DNA of 64,000 nucleotides from Podarcis muralis (Eukaryota), in contig NC_135666.1 of the NCBI RefSeq assembly GCF_964188315.1, positions 2,418,001 through 2,482,000 of the forward strand, read 5' to 3'. The translations under genes were made by a program, and so were the position numbers. The stretch's first letter is position 1; each line of letters opens with the position of its first letter. Below the pieces are notes generated by a model, which saw nothing but the letters and a program-made list of their open reading frames with translations, had not been told where the DNA came from and made no database searches. Below are positions 11,621 through 24,985 of this stretch, one piece after another.

Positions 11621-13289
11621 ACCTTCAAGGCTGAGAGATTCTGGCACAGTGCCGGATCGAGGTATAAGCTCAACAAGCCAGAGCTCAGGATCCCACTCTC
11701 TTGGGGGGGGGGCAAAAATTAAAGGGGGAAAAACCCCTGCATGTACATTTCCAAAATATAAGGAAAAAAAACCAAATCAAATAAAACCTACATACAGCAA
11801 CAGTGTTTGTGTGTTGTGCAGGCTCCTATGATGTAAGTCTTGGGCCCCGCCTGCTAGCTTGCTCCCTCAAATATCCCTGGTTTGCTCCTTTCTATATATA
11901 GGGTGCCTACATCCTGCTATTTAATTAATAGTAGTTTGCATCATATATTTACACCTATTATTATTTCATGTTATAGCAAGTTTCTGGAGACTAGATGATG
12001 AGTCTTTGTAAATGGTGTTTCTAAAGGAACTTTTTTTATTGCCAAATGCCAATGTGTTTGCATTATTAAGTTCATTATGAATAAATCATTTTAAGTTAGA
12101 GCTTAATAATTATTTCACTATTAACATACTTCTTGTGTTTCACTGCTAATATACTTCTTAATTTCAGTTCAACAATTACTTTTAAAAAACACGTATTTTG
12201 TGATGTGCAAATGACTTTAGATACCTATGAGGTCCATAAGTTACCATATAGCATATATTACACACAAAAACAGTGACAATTTGTTGACAACAAAGGACAG
12301 CTGTACATAGAAAGGGCCCCGTTACCTTCTGTAGCTGAGGGCTGCATCAAACATAAACCCAGCCCTGTTCTGGCACAAGCAAAATGCATTGTGGGTCGGC
12401 AGTTCATGCCTGGAAAGGGGCCGTTTCCCCAGCCCCCCCTCAAAGTGAAAGATCCTGGAGGAGAAATGCCCCTGTGAAGTGTGGAATATGGGCTTGTCTC
12501 TGACGCCCTGTTGTCACGCAACTCACACTTTCCTGCAAGCAGGTCAGGCAGAATGCTTGGACAGCGAGCAGGTGTTTGAAACTCACATTTTTGCGACACT
12601 TCATTCAAACAGCGAGAAGTTTCTGACCTCTGGGCGCAGTACTGATTTCAGATTAAAACTGCAGAGCGGAAGGAAAGGAGGACCTTTTTCTGCCTCCCGA
12701 CTTCCAACTACTCTCTGAAGAAGAGACTCTCTTACGAATATTAGGGGGGTGGGCAGGGGAAGGACTAGACCATGTGAAAAATGAAGATAATATTTTAGCT
12801 GCAGTCTATTCCTTTTCAGCTTTGTATTCTTGTTATTAAAAGAGCGCACCTAGACAACATTCCGTTGTTGCTCCCATAACCTCGGTTTAAGGTGCCGTTG
12901 AGTTCCTAGCTTTCATTTCTCAGTTTCTAACATTGCTGGAAACGACCTTGGAGTCATTATGGGATGGATAGTTCTTTGCCTCTCTGCCTCCAACCAGAGA
13001 GGAGTTTCTGGCACGGCTGAGATGCATGTGAAGTGAACCAAACTTAGAATCACATTCTAATATCTGAGCAACTAGAGAATTCATGCAGCTTGATGAATGG
13101 AAAATATTCAAATTTAGTACAAACAGTTTGTAGCAAAACCATCTTCTGTCACTGCTGTTACCACCAAATATGACATGAATATATGGCTCCCACCATATAT
13201 TTCAAAATACCAATAAACCCCAGTTCAGCCCAGTTCAGCCCCTAGGGTAATTTCCAAGGTAATTTTACCAACCACAATGCTTGGTAAAA

Positions 13290-13980
13290 AGGGGAAGTGG
13301 CCTACATATAGAGAAGGAAAATGGAAATTAAAAGATTATGAGGAAATTAAAGACCATTTTTAGAGTTGGCTGCATTACAGACAATTACATGAGATGTATA
13401 AGGAAGATAATAAAAAAGGGTTTAGTTATACAATCTCTAGATTTCAAAAGGTGGTTATAGAAAAAGATGCGAAGAAAGCATATAGTATTCTGCTAGAATG
13501 GGAAACAAAAGATGAGGAGGTCAAATCAGTTATGATCAAATGGGCACAAGATATAGGACACAATATACAATTTGAGGATTGGGAAAAGCTGTGGAAAGTG
13601 GATTTGAAATTCACTCCACACCAGTACAAGTAACAAAAATGTACAAAACCGGGTCAAATATATGTTGGAAATGTAAAGAAAAAGAAGGTACTATGTATCA
13701 TATGTGGTGGGAATGTAGAGAAGTTTTTAAAAATTGGGAAATGATATATAATGAATTGAAAAAAATGTTTAAAATGACATTTGTAAAGAAATCAGAAGCA
13801 TTTTTGTTAGGGATTTTAGGACGAGACCTGCCAAGAAAAACAAAGAATTTATTTATGTATGCCACAACAGCGGCAAGATTCTTGTTAGCACAAGGAGGGA
13901 AGAAGGAGGAAATCCCAACGAAAGAACAATGGCAAGAAAAACTGATGAGTTGTGCAGAGTTGGCAAAGTTGACACACAAA
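13290..13980 (+). mobile_element. L1 ORF2 3' fragment (degenerate), left part
   Basis: CWKCKEKEGTMYHMWWEC CCHC knuckle; FMYATTAAR..EIPTKEQWQEKL. Confidence 0.9.
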
Positions 13981-16799
13981 GCCACTCCCGAACTACGGAG
14001 GGGGGGGGGTTGCGGGCGCACGCACCCACCCACATTCTCGCGGGGCTGGCGGCAGCCCCGCGGCACTCAGGGATGCTACCTGAGGGCACTTAAGGTCAGG
14101 GCAGCCCGGGATCGCCCCTTTTCCTCCGCTGCAGCAGCCGCGTTTTGCAGCCGTGTTTTGGATCATTTCTTGACGAGGATTTTCCCTGGATTTCTCCGAG
14201 GTTTTTTCCGAGGATTGCTCCCTCCCACCCCTCAACACTGCTTTGAGCGTCATGGCTCTGAGACGCTCCCGCCCGGCATTCCCCACTTCGATCACCGCTT
14301 ACCAGCTGAGCCCGCTCCGGTTCTCATCATCGTATTTATCGGTTCCGCGTTCCCAGCGGCTCCCGTCTCCTGCCTTCCTCGGCCGTTTGGAGGACTCAGC
14401 CCCTTTAAATCAGGTTTTGCTGCTGGGGTTCTAAGTTTAGCTTTATTTCAGCACAGCGGAGCACCGCTGCGTGTGCGAGGGGCGGGTGCGGCTGCAAGGA
14501 TCTTTGGGTTGCCTATAGCTCAACCTTAATTGAGGGGTTGTGGAGCGGCTAGGGATTTTTTCTTTGGCTTTGGGGCGTGAAGCCATTTGCGGGGCTGGTG
14601 GGATTTGCGAGCTGCGAGGGAGCGTTTCGTGAGGCTGCAAGTGAGTGCTTTTACTTGGGGGCTTGGGGCTGCAAGGGAGCGCTTTTATTGGGTGGCTCGG
14701 GGGCTTGAAGCCGGGGGGGGGGCTCCTCCGCTTCTTTGGGGTTGTGTTCTTATCTGTTGCCTGAGTTTATTCTTGCCTTGGTCCGATCGCCGAGCACGAA
14801 GCGGCACCGTTGCTAAGCTACGGGTCCGCCCCCGGCCGCCATTTTGTAATCGCCCACGTGGCTTTGAGGTGGCAGCCATTTTGCGATAGGCAACCAAGTG
14901 TGGGAAGGCCCTCTCACCACAAGGCCAGGCGGACAGCATTGGTCTTTTCAACACAGCTGCTGGGTTATAATTCACTGCTAAATAGCCCTATTATTGCATG
15001 AAAACAGACGCGCGAAGGGCCGATACCCCTTAGCTTCTAAGGCTTTATACATCGATCGGTACAGCCCAATTATTTGATTTTAAGTGAATTTAGGCCTCTA
15101 AGAGGATTGGCGGCTGATTCCCAATTGTGCTAAGGCTTATTATTTTCCTGCAGTATATCTTTAATTTGCTGATTTGGCTAAAGTGCGGAGGCGCCCAAAA
15201 GGGATTTGCCTGCTCAAAGCAGTGCATTGACTGGTAATGTGAACTGGTTATATATTGAATTAATTAAATTTTTTGATTTAATTGGCAATTAATTCATTTG
15301 GTGGATAGAATACAAAGCCTTAGCGTGTGGCTCTATAGGGCTATATTTAATTCTGCAGGGATAGCCCTTGCTTGTTTCCCAAGAGGCTTGCATTGGCCAA
15401 CATTTTCTGGCCCTATGGCTCAGCCTAATATCATTTAGTGTTGGCAACAGCGTTTTAACTATTCATAGAGGAAGGTCACTTCCAAGTTAAGCAGTTCGCT
15501 GTCATTTCCGCTTACTCATTTTAGTTTGGGTTGGCAATACCAACAATATAAAGGCTTAATTTTAGCCGAATATCTAAATTATCAGTTATTAATAAATAGT
15601 ATTTCAATAATAAAATAAATATAAATAAATAAATAAATATTAGTTATAAATAAATAAATAATTATATATAAATAAATAAACAAATAAATAAATAGAAATA
15701 TAATAAATAAATAAATAAATAAACAGCACAAAACGAAAGAAATAGCATAAAATTTTGCATATTACATAATTAAGAGATAGTTCAGTAGATATTCAAGTAG
15801 TATGGCAAACAGGGGCAGCGCGCAAGCACCCCAGCTGGCTGGCGCCCTAGTGCCCATTGCACCCGGTAATCCACAAGCCATAGCGCAACTTGTCGCGGCA
15901 ATACAGGCCTTTTATGCGCAATGCGGGCCTCCGGCAGCCCCAACGTCCTCCATAGTGGAGCTACCACAAGATTGCATACCTGACACCCCACCCAGCCAGC
16001 AGGGCCAGGCAGGGCCCTCCTCAGCTGGGGCTGGCACGGCCACGGCACAGCATGGCTCCAAACGGCCCCAGACACGCTTGCAAACCGCACGTGCACAGCA
16101 GTCCAAGGCTAGTACCCAGAAGGCCAGGCCTGGTGTGCAGAAGGCCAAGACCAGCACCCAGAGGTCCAGGCCATCTAGGGCCACCTCCTCTAACGCAAGT
16201 CAGGAGGCTTTAGGTGTTCCTAGTGTTTTCCAGGAAACTCCACCCCAGCGCAGTTCGTCGGAAGGGTCATCCTCAGACGATGAGTTGCCACCCCAGCAAG
16301 CAGCGTCGGCGTCGAGCGACCCAGCTCTGCGAGACAGCAGCTCCCGCGGCGGAAAACGGAAAGCCAAGAGGAAGCACGTGTCCAAGAACAGCAGGAGGAA
16401 GGACCCATCTGACTCCGAGGAGGACACAGGTACTTCTTCTTCTGAGAGTGATAGTGATGTGCCCATGGAAACGTACTGGGGGGAGGGCGAAGAGACAGGT
16501 GCCCCTTTGTGGGTCCATGAGAGGCGGGCCAATTCGCACCGAAAAACCTTTAATGGGACCCTTGAGTGGAAAGATGGGGCGCTAGTAGAGGATGTAAAGG
16601 TTTCAACTCACTCATCTACCGATTTTATCTTGGGAAATCACCTTTCTAAGAGGAAAAGGGATAAGATACTGAATGGGGATTTCATAGATATGTTCACGCT
16701 GCTGCCGCCGGCACAGGTAAAGGGAAAAGGGGAGAAAAAGAGGTTTTACGGTAAGAAAAGATACAGGACCCCTCGGGCGGAGCGAACATTTGAAAACTG
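13981..16799 (+). mobile_element. DIRS/Ngaro-like tyrosine-recombinase retrotransposon, 5' part with gag-like ORF1 (15802-~16798), 3'-truncated
   Basis: GC-rich leader, (AAAT)n tract 15590-15730, ORF with LGNHLSKRKRDKILNGDFIDMFTLL..ERTFEN typical of DIRS/Ngaro ORF1; no RT/YR present. Confidence 0.7.
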
Positions 16800-16804
16800 T
16801 TCCC

Positions 16805-17222
16805 ATCCCAACGAAAGAACAACGACAAGAAAAACTGATGAGTTGTGCAGAGTTGGCAAAGTTGACACACAAACTACGGGAGAAGGACAATCGTGACTTC
16901 AAGGAAGATTGGGAACTTTTTATCAACTATTTTTTAAAAAAAACAAAATGACTTGGACTCCTTGGCAGGTTTTGAATAAACATCCACAAATTTATTAATA
17001 GAATATATGATAGATAAGGTGCTGGTATGTACAATTTTTAACATGCAGAGAATAATATGTGCAAGCAAATCAGAGAGGGGAGCTGAGGGAAGTCTTTGGT
17101 GGGGGGGGGAGAGGGAGGGATGGGGAGGGGGGATAAAAAGGGGGGAGATAATGTAATTGATTATTTGGATTGATAATTTGTTTTGTTGAAATTGTCTAAT
17201 AAAAATATATTTTTAAAAAGTA
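16805..17222 (+). mobile_element. L1 3' end (continuation of 13290-13980) with G-rich 3'UTR and A-rich tail
   Basis: Repeats the last 69 bp of the left L1 part, continues KLREKDNRDF..., G-rich tract 17100-17145, aataaaa + A tail. Confidence 0.88.
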
Positions 17223-17481
17223 AATACATGTTGATCAATCGCGTTTCTATTGTTTGCTATGACAAACTACGCAGAACTATATGCATTTCCACATAAGTAG
17301 ATGACAAAGTGGAATGCTGATTTATGCAAAATTAAAGCAATTGCAGTGGAACAGAAAACACTGGCTAAAAGTACAAGTGGAAATCAGGACAGACAGAGGC
17401 ATTTTAGCACATTCCTACTGAGAGTGAAAATGTTCTGGTGTTTAAGTGGATCCTTCTCACTAGATGCATTACAGACTCCTC

Positions 17482-17482
17482 T

Positions 17483-17543
<61 letters not shown>

Positions 17544-17545
17544 TC
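17482..17545 (+). repeat. (TTTC)n microsatellite
   Basis: Direct reading. Confidence 0.95.
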
Positions 17546-17627
17546 TTCTCTTCTCTTCATGAATTTCCCTTTCCACTTCCCTTCGTATTTCCCTCTTCAT
17601 CCTCTCAACCTCTTCTCATTGTACTTA

Positions 17628-18346
17628 TTAGAGTATATTACATGCTGAGCGAAATGAATATAATAAATCATTTGCTGCCCTGGCAGCTGCTTCCTTTTCC
17701 ACCTCCTCACGTATTTTCCTCTTCATCTTCTCAATCACTTCTTGGTCCTCCTCTAGCATGTCTTCCGTGTAGCAGGGGGCTGCCTTGTTCTTTTGGACCA
17801 GGTGGTCGATCATCCCAAGCAATTCGGCCACCTGCTCCTCTCTTTCCTGCCCTTTCGCCTTGTTGTTGAAAGCCAGGCATCTCCCTCCACACTGAGCGAT
17901 CTGGTTCTGCAGATCCTGGTCTCCCTCTTTCAAGAACTCTTTCAAAGGCCTATCGTCCAGGTCTTCCTTCCGGGTGAACAAGATGATCATGTAGTCCTTG
18001 GCTTTGCAGCTAAATATCTTCTGGATTAACTGAGCAACGGCTTTCTCCTCTTTGCTGAAACGAGTCAGCTGAATGACTTGTATGATGACATGGGCTCCTG
18101 GGTAGATGTACTTCACGCAGGTCTTGATTTCCTTGGTAGTCACATCTTCTGGAATATTTGTGTCGAAAAAGCCAGGTGTATCAACCACCACAATTCTCCT
18201 ACCACCAATGACAGTGTCCTCTTTCTGACACTTTGCTGTCACGGAGGTAGGAGAGAGGCGTGATGAAAACCTTTTGTCACCCAGGATGGTGTTTCCTGTT
18301 GCGCTTTTCCCAGCTCCAGTTTTGCCGACCAGGACGATTCTCACTT
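17628..18346 (-). CDS. GIMAP (AIG1-type GTPase) gene A, main exon; ends in CaaX (CNIL)
   Basis: [45 protein letters not shown]; phase-1 acceptor cctctttcttgcag|; intact. Confidence 0.96.
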
Positions 18347-19146
18347 CTGCAAGAAAGAGGCAAGAGATGGTGAGCAACTCTTCTGCATTGTCACCAGAGA
18401 GGAAACTGAGGGGAACATGGGCACCAACCCTCCCCTGCCCATCTCCATCACCCAGGAGCTGTGGGGAGGGAGAAACAAATCGGTCAAGTTCTCCTTCCCT
18501 CAGGTTCTCCTTTCTCCAGACTTAAGTTCAGTTCTCCACTTTTTGGCATGACAATCTGTACACATTTAAGTGAATTTAACCCAATACATGTGCACTTATT
18601 CCCACTATAAACATTTCTGCAAGCAATTTCCCCTAATATAATTCATTTCTCCACAGATATATGCTTATTTGTGTGCAAGGTCCCAGGGTAAGTTACAAAT
18701 AAAACACAAAGTTAAAAACAGGTTAAAATTACAGAAATAAGACGGGTGCCAAAGTTAGACACCTCAAGCTTCAAAAGAGGTGCACCTTCAGCATTTGCCA
18801 GAAGCTGCACAATGAAGGCTCCAGGTGCTCCTCTCTGGGGAGGAAGTTCCACATCTATGGGGCCACCACAGAGAAGGTCCTGGGCTGACCTTTTGTAGGT
18901 GGTAGAACAACCAAGAGGACCCCTTCCCCCAATCATAGCACCCAAGAGGGTCTGCAAGGAAAGAGGGGGGTCTTTCAAGTATTGGAGACACGAATCATTT
19001 TGGTCTTTAAACACCAATGTGAGCACCTTGAATATGGTCTGGAAACAAACCATGAATCAAGCTAATGTCTCTCCCATGGTTACACTGATTCCATCCAACA
19101 CCGTCCAGGAATCTGCGAGAATGAGATAAAACCAGCTCGGTCTTAC

Positions 19147-19165
19147 CTGTGCTTCTCCCAGCCAT
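19147..19165 (-). CDS. GIMAP gene A first coding mini-exon (MAGRST)
   Basis: ATG GCT GGG AGA AGC ACA G|gtaaga; phase 1 matches acceptor at 18346; typical GIMAP two-coding-exon layout. Confidence 0.75.
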
Positions 19166-19532
19166 ATTCAGACAAGCAGAAAAATTCACAAGCCAATATT
19201 CAGGATTTCTAGATTGGAAGCAAAAGGAAACAGAATCAGCCAATGGGGAGCTTTCTGTATTAGGCAGAAATGTGTGCTGCTCCCCCCAAAAACTTGCCTC
19301 ACAGAATTCTTTTTACACTTTACAGAGGGATCTTCCTAAGTGTCTGCTGTCCCAAATATTTGGCCATCATGTGTGCTGAAAGGAAAGGATGTCTTGGGGA
19401 GAAATGGCAGGTCCCACAAAACAGGAATGGCCCTCACTGACGGCTGCCCCAGAATGGAGGCTGGTCAACTGGGGCAAGAGGGACACTGCCCCACCCAGCC
19501 CAGCTGGCTTTCCCAGCCCCCACTTGCTCCCC

Positions 19533-19592
19533 CTTCCTTCCTTCCTTCCTTCCTTCCTTCCTTCCTTCCTTCCTTCCTTCCTTCCTTCCTTC
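19533..19592 (+). repeat. (CTTC)n microsatellite
   Basis: Direct reading. Confidence 0.95.
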
Positions 19593-19789
19593 CGCTCTAG
19601 GGTGCAGCTTTGAACATCTTCTTCCTCCTCAGCCTCAGAGTTGCCTTGGTAGACGTCAGTAGGGAGGAGGATGGGCACCACAACAGAGAGAGTTGACTCC
19701 ACCCATCAGTGGTTCTGGCTCCGCCCACTCTTGGGCTCCCTGCCTCCCACCCCTCCCCCAATCCAAATGGCCACCCCTGGGACTGGGAG

Positions 19790-20434
19790 TTTCTTTTTCT
19801 ATTAATGCTTTTTATTAATTTTTTGTTACATAACATAAACCCAAACATTAAAATATAACAACAGCAGCAACAAAAACTAAAAAGAAAAACAGAGAACAGA
19901 TAATGAACACATAACCATATAACAAATAACGAACATATAACCATAAATCCATAAATTCTTGCCCACAAACTTATGTTACCCTACTTTATATTTCCCATTC
20001 TTCTTCTTTCATTTCTAATAGACTTCCTTCCTCCTCAAAGTGGGTCTATTTTCCTACTTGTTAAGCTGTTTCTTTCTCAATTCTTCATTCCTAACCTTCT
20101 CTGTCCACTATACTTCTAGCGCAAATTGTGGTTTGTGAAAATTATTCAAAGCAAATCCAGGTTTTTATTTGGGGACACTGATTTTTAAAAATAATCTCAA
20201 TATATTCCCCACTCTTTTTGGAACTTTTGGTTAGACTGTCCCCTAATTGTGTCCTTCATTTTTGCCATTTCAAAATATTCAAATAGTCTATCCTGCCATT
20301 CTTTTTTTGTTGGTACTATTTCACCTTTCCAATTTTTTGCTATTAGTATCCTTGCTGCTGTTGTTGCATATAAAAATATTCTCTTATTTTCATTTGGGAT
20401 GTCTGAGTCTAATATGTCCAATAAGAAAGCTTAT

Positions 20435-20477
<43 letters not shown>

Positions 20478-21219
20478 AAATATTTTTTTCAGCTCTTCAT
20501 ATACAGTATCCCAAAAATTCTTAATTTTTTTGCAGCTCCACCACATATGTAATAGTGTCCCTTCTACCTGATTACACCTCCAGCACATATTAGATTTCTT
20601 TTTAAAAGATATTTAAGGTATTTTGCTGGGGGTTATATACCACCTGTAAAACATCTTCCACAAATTTTCCCTTAACGAGTAACAGGCCACAAATTTCCAT
20701 TCTTTGTTCCACAACCTTTCCCACGCTGATAACTGAATAGTTTTACCCACGTCCATAGCCCACTTAATCATTACTTCTTTCACCTGCTTATCTTTTCCCT
20801 CCCATTCTAAAAGAAATCCATACATTCTAGAGATTACATTTTTCTTATATTGTATTAATTCTTTGTCTATTTTTTATTCTTTATTCTTTTTATTCTTCTC
20901 TCGCAAAACCTTTTTTGATATCTATCTTAAAGACCTCATTTATCTGATGATATTGGATCCATTCTGTCAGATTATGTTTAATTTCCTCATATTTTTTCAA
21001 TTTCAATTTATTGCCTTCTTCCCCCAGTAGATCTTTATATGCAGCCCACTCCATTTCCAAATTCTTCCTTTTAACTGCTATCTGGGTTCTGGGTTCCAGC
21101 AAGTCTTTGTATTTTTCCCATACCTTATATAATGGCTTCCTTATAATATGGTTCACAAAGCCTCTATTGACTTTCAATTTTCTTTTGTAATTGTTATATG
21201 TTGGAAATCAATAAAACTA
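19790..21219 (-). mobile_element. L1 ORF2 3' fragment, degenerate, with internal (TG)n
   Basis: Minus ORFs LYATTAARILIAKNWK, WERLWNKEWKF..WYITPSK, GFVNHIIR. Confidence 0.9.
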
Positions 21220-21221
21220 TA

Positions 21222-22273
21222 CAGTGGTACCTCAGGTTACATACGCTTCAGGTTACATACTGTCAGCGGCTGCCTCAGGTCCCAGCTCACAAAGGACCAA
21301 CGCCAGTTGCTCTTTATAAACAAAAGTCTTTATTGTGGTTCATTGTTGGTTTGACATCCGTGGCGCGCAGCGCTACGTCTGAGTCCTTAGACCGGCGAAG
21401 TCCCGTCTGAATCCGCCCCTCCTTTACACCAGTTCAATACCCGAGCTTTGCTCCACCTCTTCCTTTCCTCCCTCTGCTCCTTTCGCCTCCGGGTCCTCCT
21501 GCCCTCTGGGGTCCCCACCCTCCTGGACTCTTCGGAGGCGGATTCTTCTGACTCCTCCCCCTGTCTCCGGCGGGCTTTGGGACCTGGCTCCCAATCCGGA
21601 TTTTCTGCTGTCCCGCGTGCCTCTACATTTGAACTTGGCGCGCGCGCCCAGCCGCCCACTTTCCTCCTAACGGCTACACTGCTCCCTTCACTGCTTTCTC
21701 CTTCCGGGAGGCTGGCCGGCCCTGCTCTCTCCTCCGCCCCTCCACTCTCTGACGGAGGCGTAGTCAGTCCTGCCTCACTCCCTCCTCCTGCAGGAGGAGG
21801 CTTTTGTTCTAATCTGTGGGATTCTTCCCCCGCGCTGTGCTCTGGTGGGGAGGCTACCCCTGATTTCCAGCTGCCGCTTGGCGACTCCCCACTGGCCCCC
21901 CTTGCCCTGACCCTGGGGGCCTCCTTCTGGGAATCTTCTGATTCGCTGGAGAGACTCAGGGAATCTCTCTGGTCACTGTCACACCCTCCTGCGCTCCCCT
22001 CCGATTGTTCCCCTTCGCTCTCCATCTCCTCCTTCTCCTGTGGCTCAGTCCCTGAGCCCCTGACACATACGCTTCAGGTTACAGACTCTGCTAACCCAGA
22101 AATAGTACCTCGGGTTAAGAACTATGCTTCAGGGTGAGAACAGAAATCATGCTCCAGCGGCACGGCAGCAGTGGGAGGCCCCATTAACTAAAGTGGTGCT
22201 TCAGGTTAAGAACAGTTTCAGGTTAAGTATGGACCTCCGGAACGAATTAAGTACTTAACCTGAGGTACCACTG
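21222..22273. mobile_element. Tigger/pogo-like MITE interrupted by a solo LTR
   Basis: TA|cagtggtacctcaggtta ... taacctgaggtaccactg|TA; same family as uninterrupted copy 54989-55230. Confidence 0.9.
21261..22065 (-). mobile_element. Solo LTR (805 bp) carrying a 212-codon ORF
   Basis: TG...CA ends, TGTCAGCGGCT vs TGTCAGGGGCT inverted termini, 5-bp TSD catac, AATAAA near the minus-strand 3' end. Confidence 0.85.
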
Positions 22274-23461
22274 TACTTATTAAAGAAAAAAATAGGACTT
22301 GCAGCTAGGTAAGTATTCATAGTGCAAGTCCCACTGAACTCTAGACCAGTGCTTTTAAAATCAAGAAGATCTGTTCCATAGAACTGGATTGGGATCAACG
22401 GATCTGCATCCTCAAAGGGATTCTCATCTGTCTTGACAATCTGAAAGTGGGATAAAGTGGCTTGGAAGTTCAATTCAGGGGAAGGTTCTTATTTTATTTT
22501 ATTACTGCATTTTTCTTTGCTTTTCCCAGAGCTTAATTTTCAAAATACCACCTTGTGAATGTACATTTTTCTTGCCCTTCAAGTGTCCCCTGAAAAATGA
22601 ACCGTTTTGGTAAGACCCCAAATCCACACAATACCTTATTTTAGGGCAACTCAAGGGGAGGGGAGGAAATTCTTTTTAAAAAGCTCCAAACTTTATTTGG
22701 TAACCGCACTTATCTCCAGCCCAAATAAAGGCCACCTGTGCAATTGCATGTGCTCACATGGATCATTTGGAACAATCCCACCATTCTGTCTCCTGTGTAA
22801 AACTTTCTGGGTTGGGAGTGGGGAGGAAGAGAAAAGACCCTGATCACAGGGCAGCCAGGAGTTTTGTGGGGGGGGGAGGGCAGAGCCGACATGATTTGTC
22901 AGTTAAGTATTTTTATTGTTTTACTTGAACTAGGTGGGGGGGCTGTGCCCCCTGCCCCCCCTTAGCTATGCTCATGACCCCGATACCAGTTAAACAATTT
23001 CACCTCCCATTGACTTTAATGGAGCAATTAAGCCAGCCAGTCTTTCACTAGAAAGTTCAGCACAATCCCTTGTCTATGTAGACTCAGAGGTAAGCTTCAT
23101 TATATTGCACTGGTCTTACTCACATGCTAAGTGTCCCAGGATCAGGGTCTCAGAGATGCTCAAGGGCTTCTGCTTTCAGACTGCAGGCCCATAAACCTAA
23201 TCCTGCAATTAGGTTAGTTTTGTATTTTGGTTATTATTGATCCCACGGACGTATTTCAGGACTGAAGGCTAGGTATGTAGGGTGGGGGTGTCAAGTATTT
23301 TTTGTTCCCCCACAAACAAACCCTATGCACATTTTCATGCAGTAAGCTCCACAGAACTTAATGGGGCTTCACACACCCCCTCCTTAAATTGTACTATTAA
23401 ATTTCAAAGATATGGGGCTTTTGCTCCAGTTAGAACCACAGCATTTTAGGCTTAGAGCAGA

Positions 23462-23463
<2 letters not shown>

Positions 23464-23526
<63 letters not shown>
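23464..23526 (+). repeat. (CT)n(GT)n microsatellite
   Basis: Direct reading. Confidence 0.95.
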
Positions 23527-24688
23527 TAACCCTGGCCATTGAGAATCCCAGCCTGTGTGTCTGTGTACCCAAATGCGGGGGGGGGGGGGCGTTGCCAAGC
23601 TGGGTCTTTGACCAGGGCGAAACAAAGGCTACTTTTGCACCTGAGAACAGACTTCGGAAGCCCTTGAGTCCAACCACTGAACAAATTCATTATGAGAATT
23701 GGCAGACTTCACCCCTTTAGAAAGGGTGACCATGTCTGCAGATTGCAGCCATTTCTGGCAGAAAAGAAAATCGCCCCAGAGTTCTTTACAAATGCTCTTT
23801 AAAGGGTACCCTGTGCGGAAACCGAAGTTTTCTGGGCCACCCCCTCTTGGTCCCATAAATTCATCTCCATTACCCCCTAATCTGCTGTGTAAAAAAGGTA
23901 GGTAGTAACACAATTGTAACATTTTGCACGACAACAACAATTGCACAATCATTCAAAACTATTTCGTTTAATTCATTCAACCATGCTGGTGAACTTGATT
24001 CAGTGATACCAGCTTTTCAAAGCCATTTGACCTCCAGCGTCCCCCCTGCCGCCCCCTTAGGCAACCCCACTGCCCCCCAACCCCCAAGCACGGGGTGGTA
24101 CCTCCCAGTTTGGGGGCCACTGCCTGGCCGGCTCTGCCTGCAGGTTGGCAGGCTTAACTCTGTGAGGAGAGGCTCCTTCGCCTAAAAGTTTCACAGGACG
24201 GAAAGGGGAAAGAATGTTACAGCCATTTCGAGAGTCACAATTGTCGGGGGTGGGAGGAGGGGGCGGAAACAGAGCTGCGTTTCCTACATATCTGACAAGT
24301 CCCAAATTAAAAGGCGAACAGGAAAGACACGGAGCATCTCCAACACAGACTGATCTGCTTCCCAAACCTGCAGACTCGGACCTTCAACTCTTGCAGCTGC
24401 TGCTCGCGCCTCCCCGGCACCAAGCTGTGGGTCTCTAAGGGAAGTGTGGGGTTCCTCTGCCTCTCGGGTGCTTCTGCAAGCCCCACAGAAGACTCAGTGG
24501 GGCGAGCAGAGTCGTCTCCGCTTGGCAATTCTCTTTTGGTGAATGAGAAACAAGTCAGAGAAACCTCCCTGACGTCTGAGAAAGGGCTCTGGGCTGCTAG
24601 CCAGAAATATTTGGTGGCACTGCAGGGTGAGAGGGGGGCTGGATTCGCCCCTCTCCGTTTTATTCCCCTCTGAACCGAGTCCCTGGTC

Positions 24689-24731
<43 letters not shown>

Positions 24732-24829
24732 CCATCAAGCGCAGCTGCTCTCTCCAAGCAGCGCAGACAACGCGGAGAAGAAGGTGCGCTTCTTTTTCTG
24801 CGTTTGGGAACCCCAGGCGTCGCCTTGCG

Positions 24830-24985
24830 CAGAGTGGGGCCCTCGCTCCGTCTCGCGCAATGTCTCCTGCACTGACTGGCAGGCGCTTCCCAGGCGCAAG
24901 TCTCTCCCCCAGCCCCACCTGGAGAGGCCGGGGATCAAACCTCGGACCTTCTGCATGCAGGGCAGCTGAGCTGATTCTCCCTCTT
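24830..24985 (-). mobile_element. tRNA-derived SINE, degenerate
   Basis: Minus: ...ctgcatgcagaaggtccgaggtttgatccccggcctctccaggtggggctggg...ctgccagtcagtg; B-box-like head followed by non-tRNA body. Confidence 0.7.

Noticed and set aside
10906-11715. Several overlapping 100-200 aa ORFs on both strands
   Set aside because: GC-rich CpG island lowers stop frequency; no recognisable domain or splice-consistent model
13579-14529. 316-aa ORF
   Set aside because: Chance read-through from an L1 fragment into the GC-rich DIRS-like leader
22255-22473. Minus ORF IVKTDENPFEDADPLIPIQF with an acceptor-like site
   Set aside because: No family recognised, no clear donor or partner exon
24900-24985. tRNA-like sequence
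   Set aside because: Incomplete cloverleaf and followed by a SINE body; it is a SINE head
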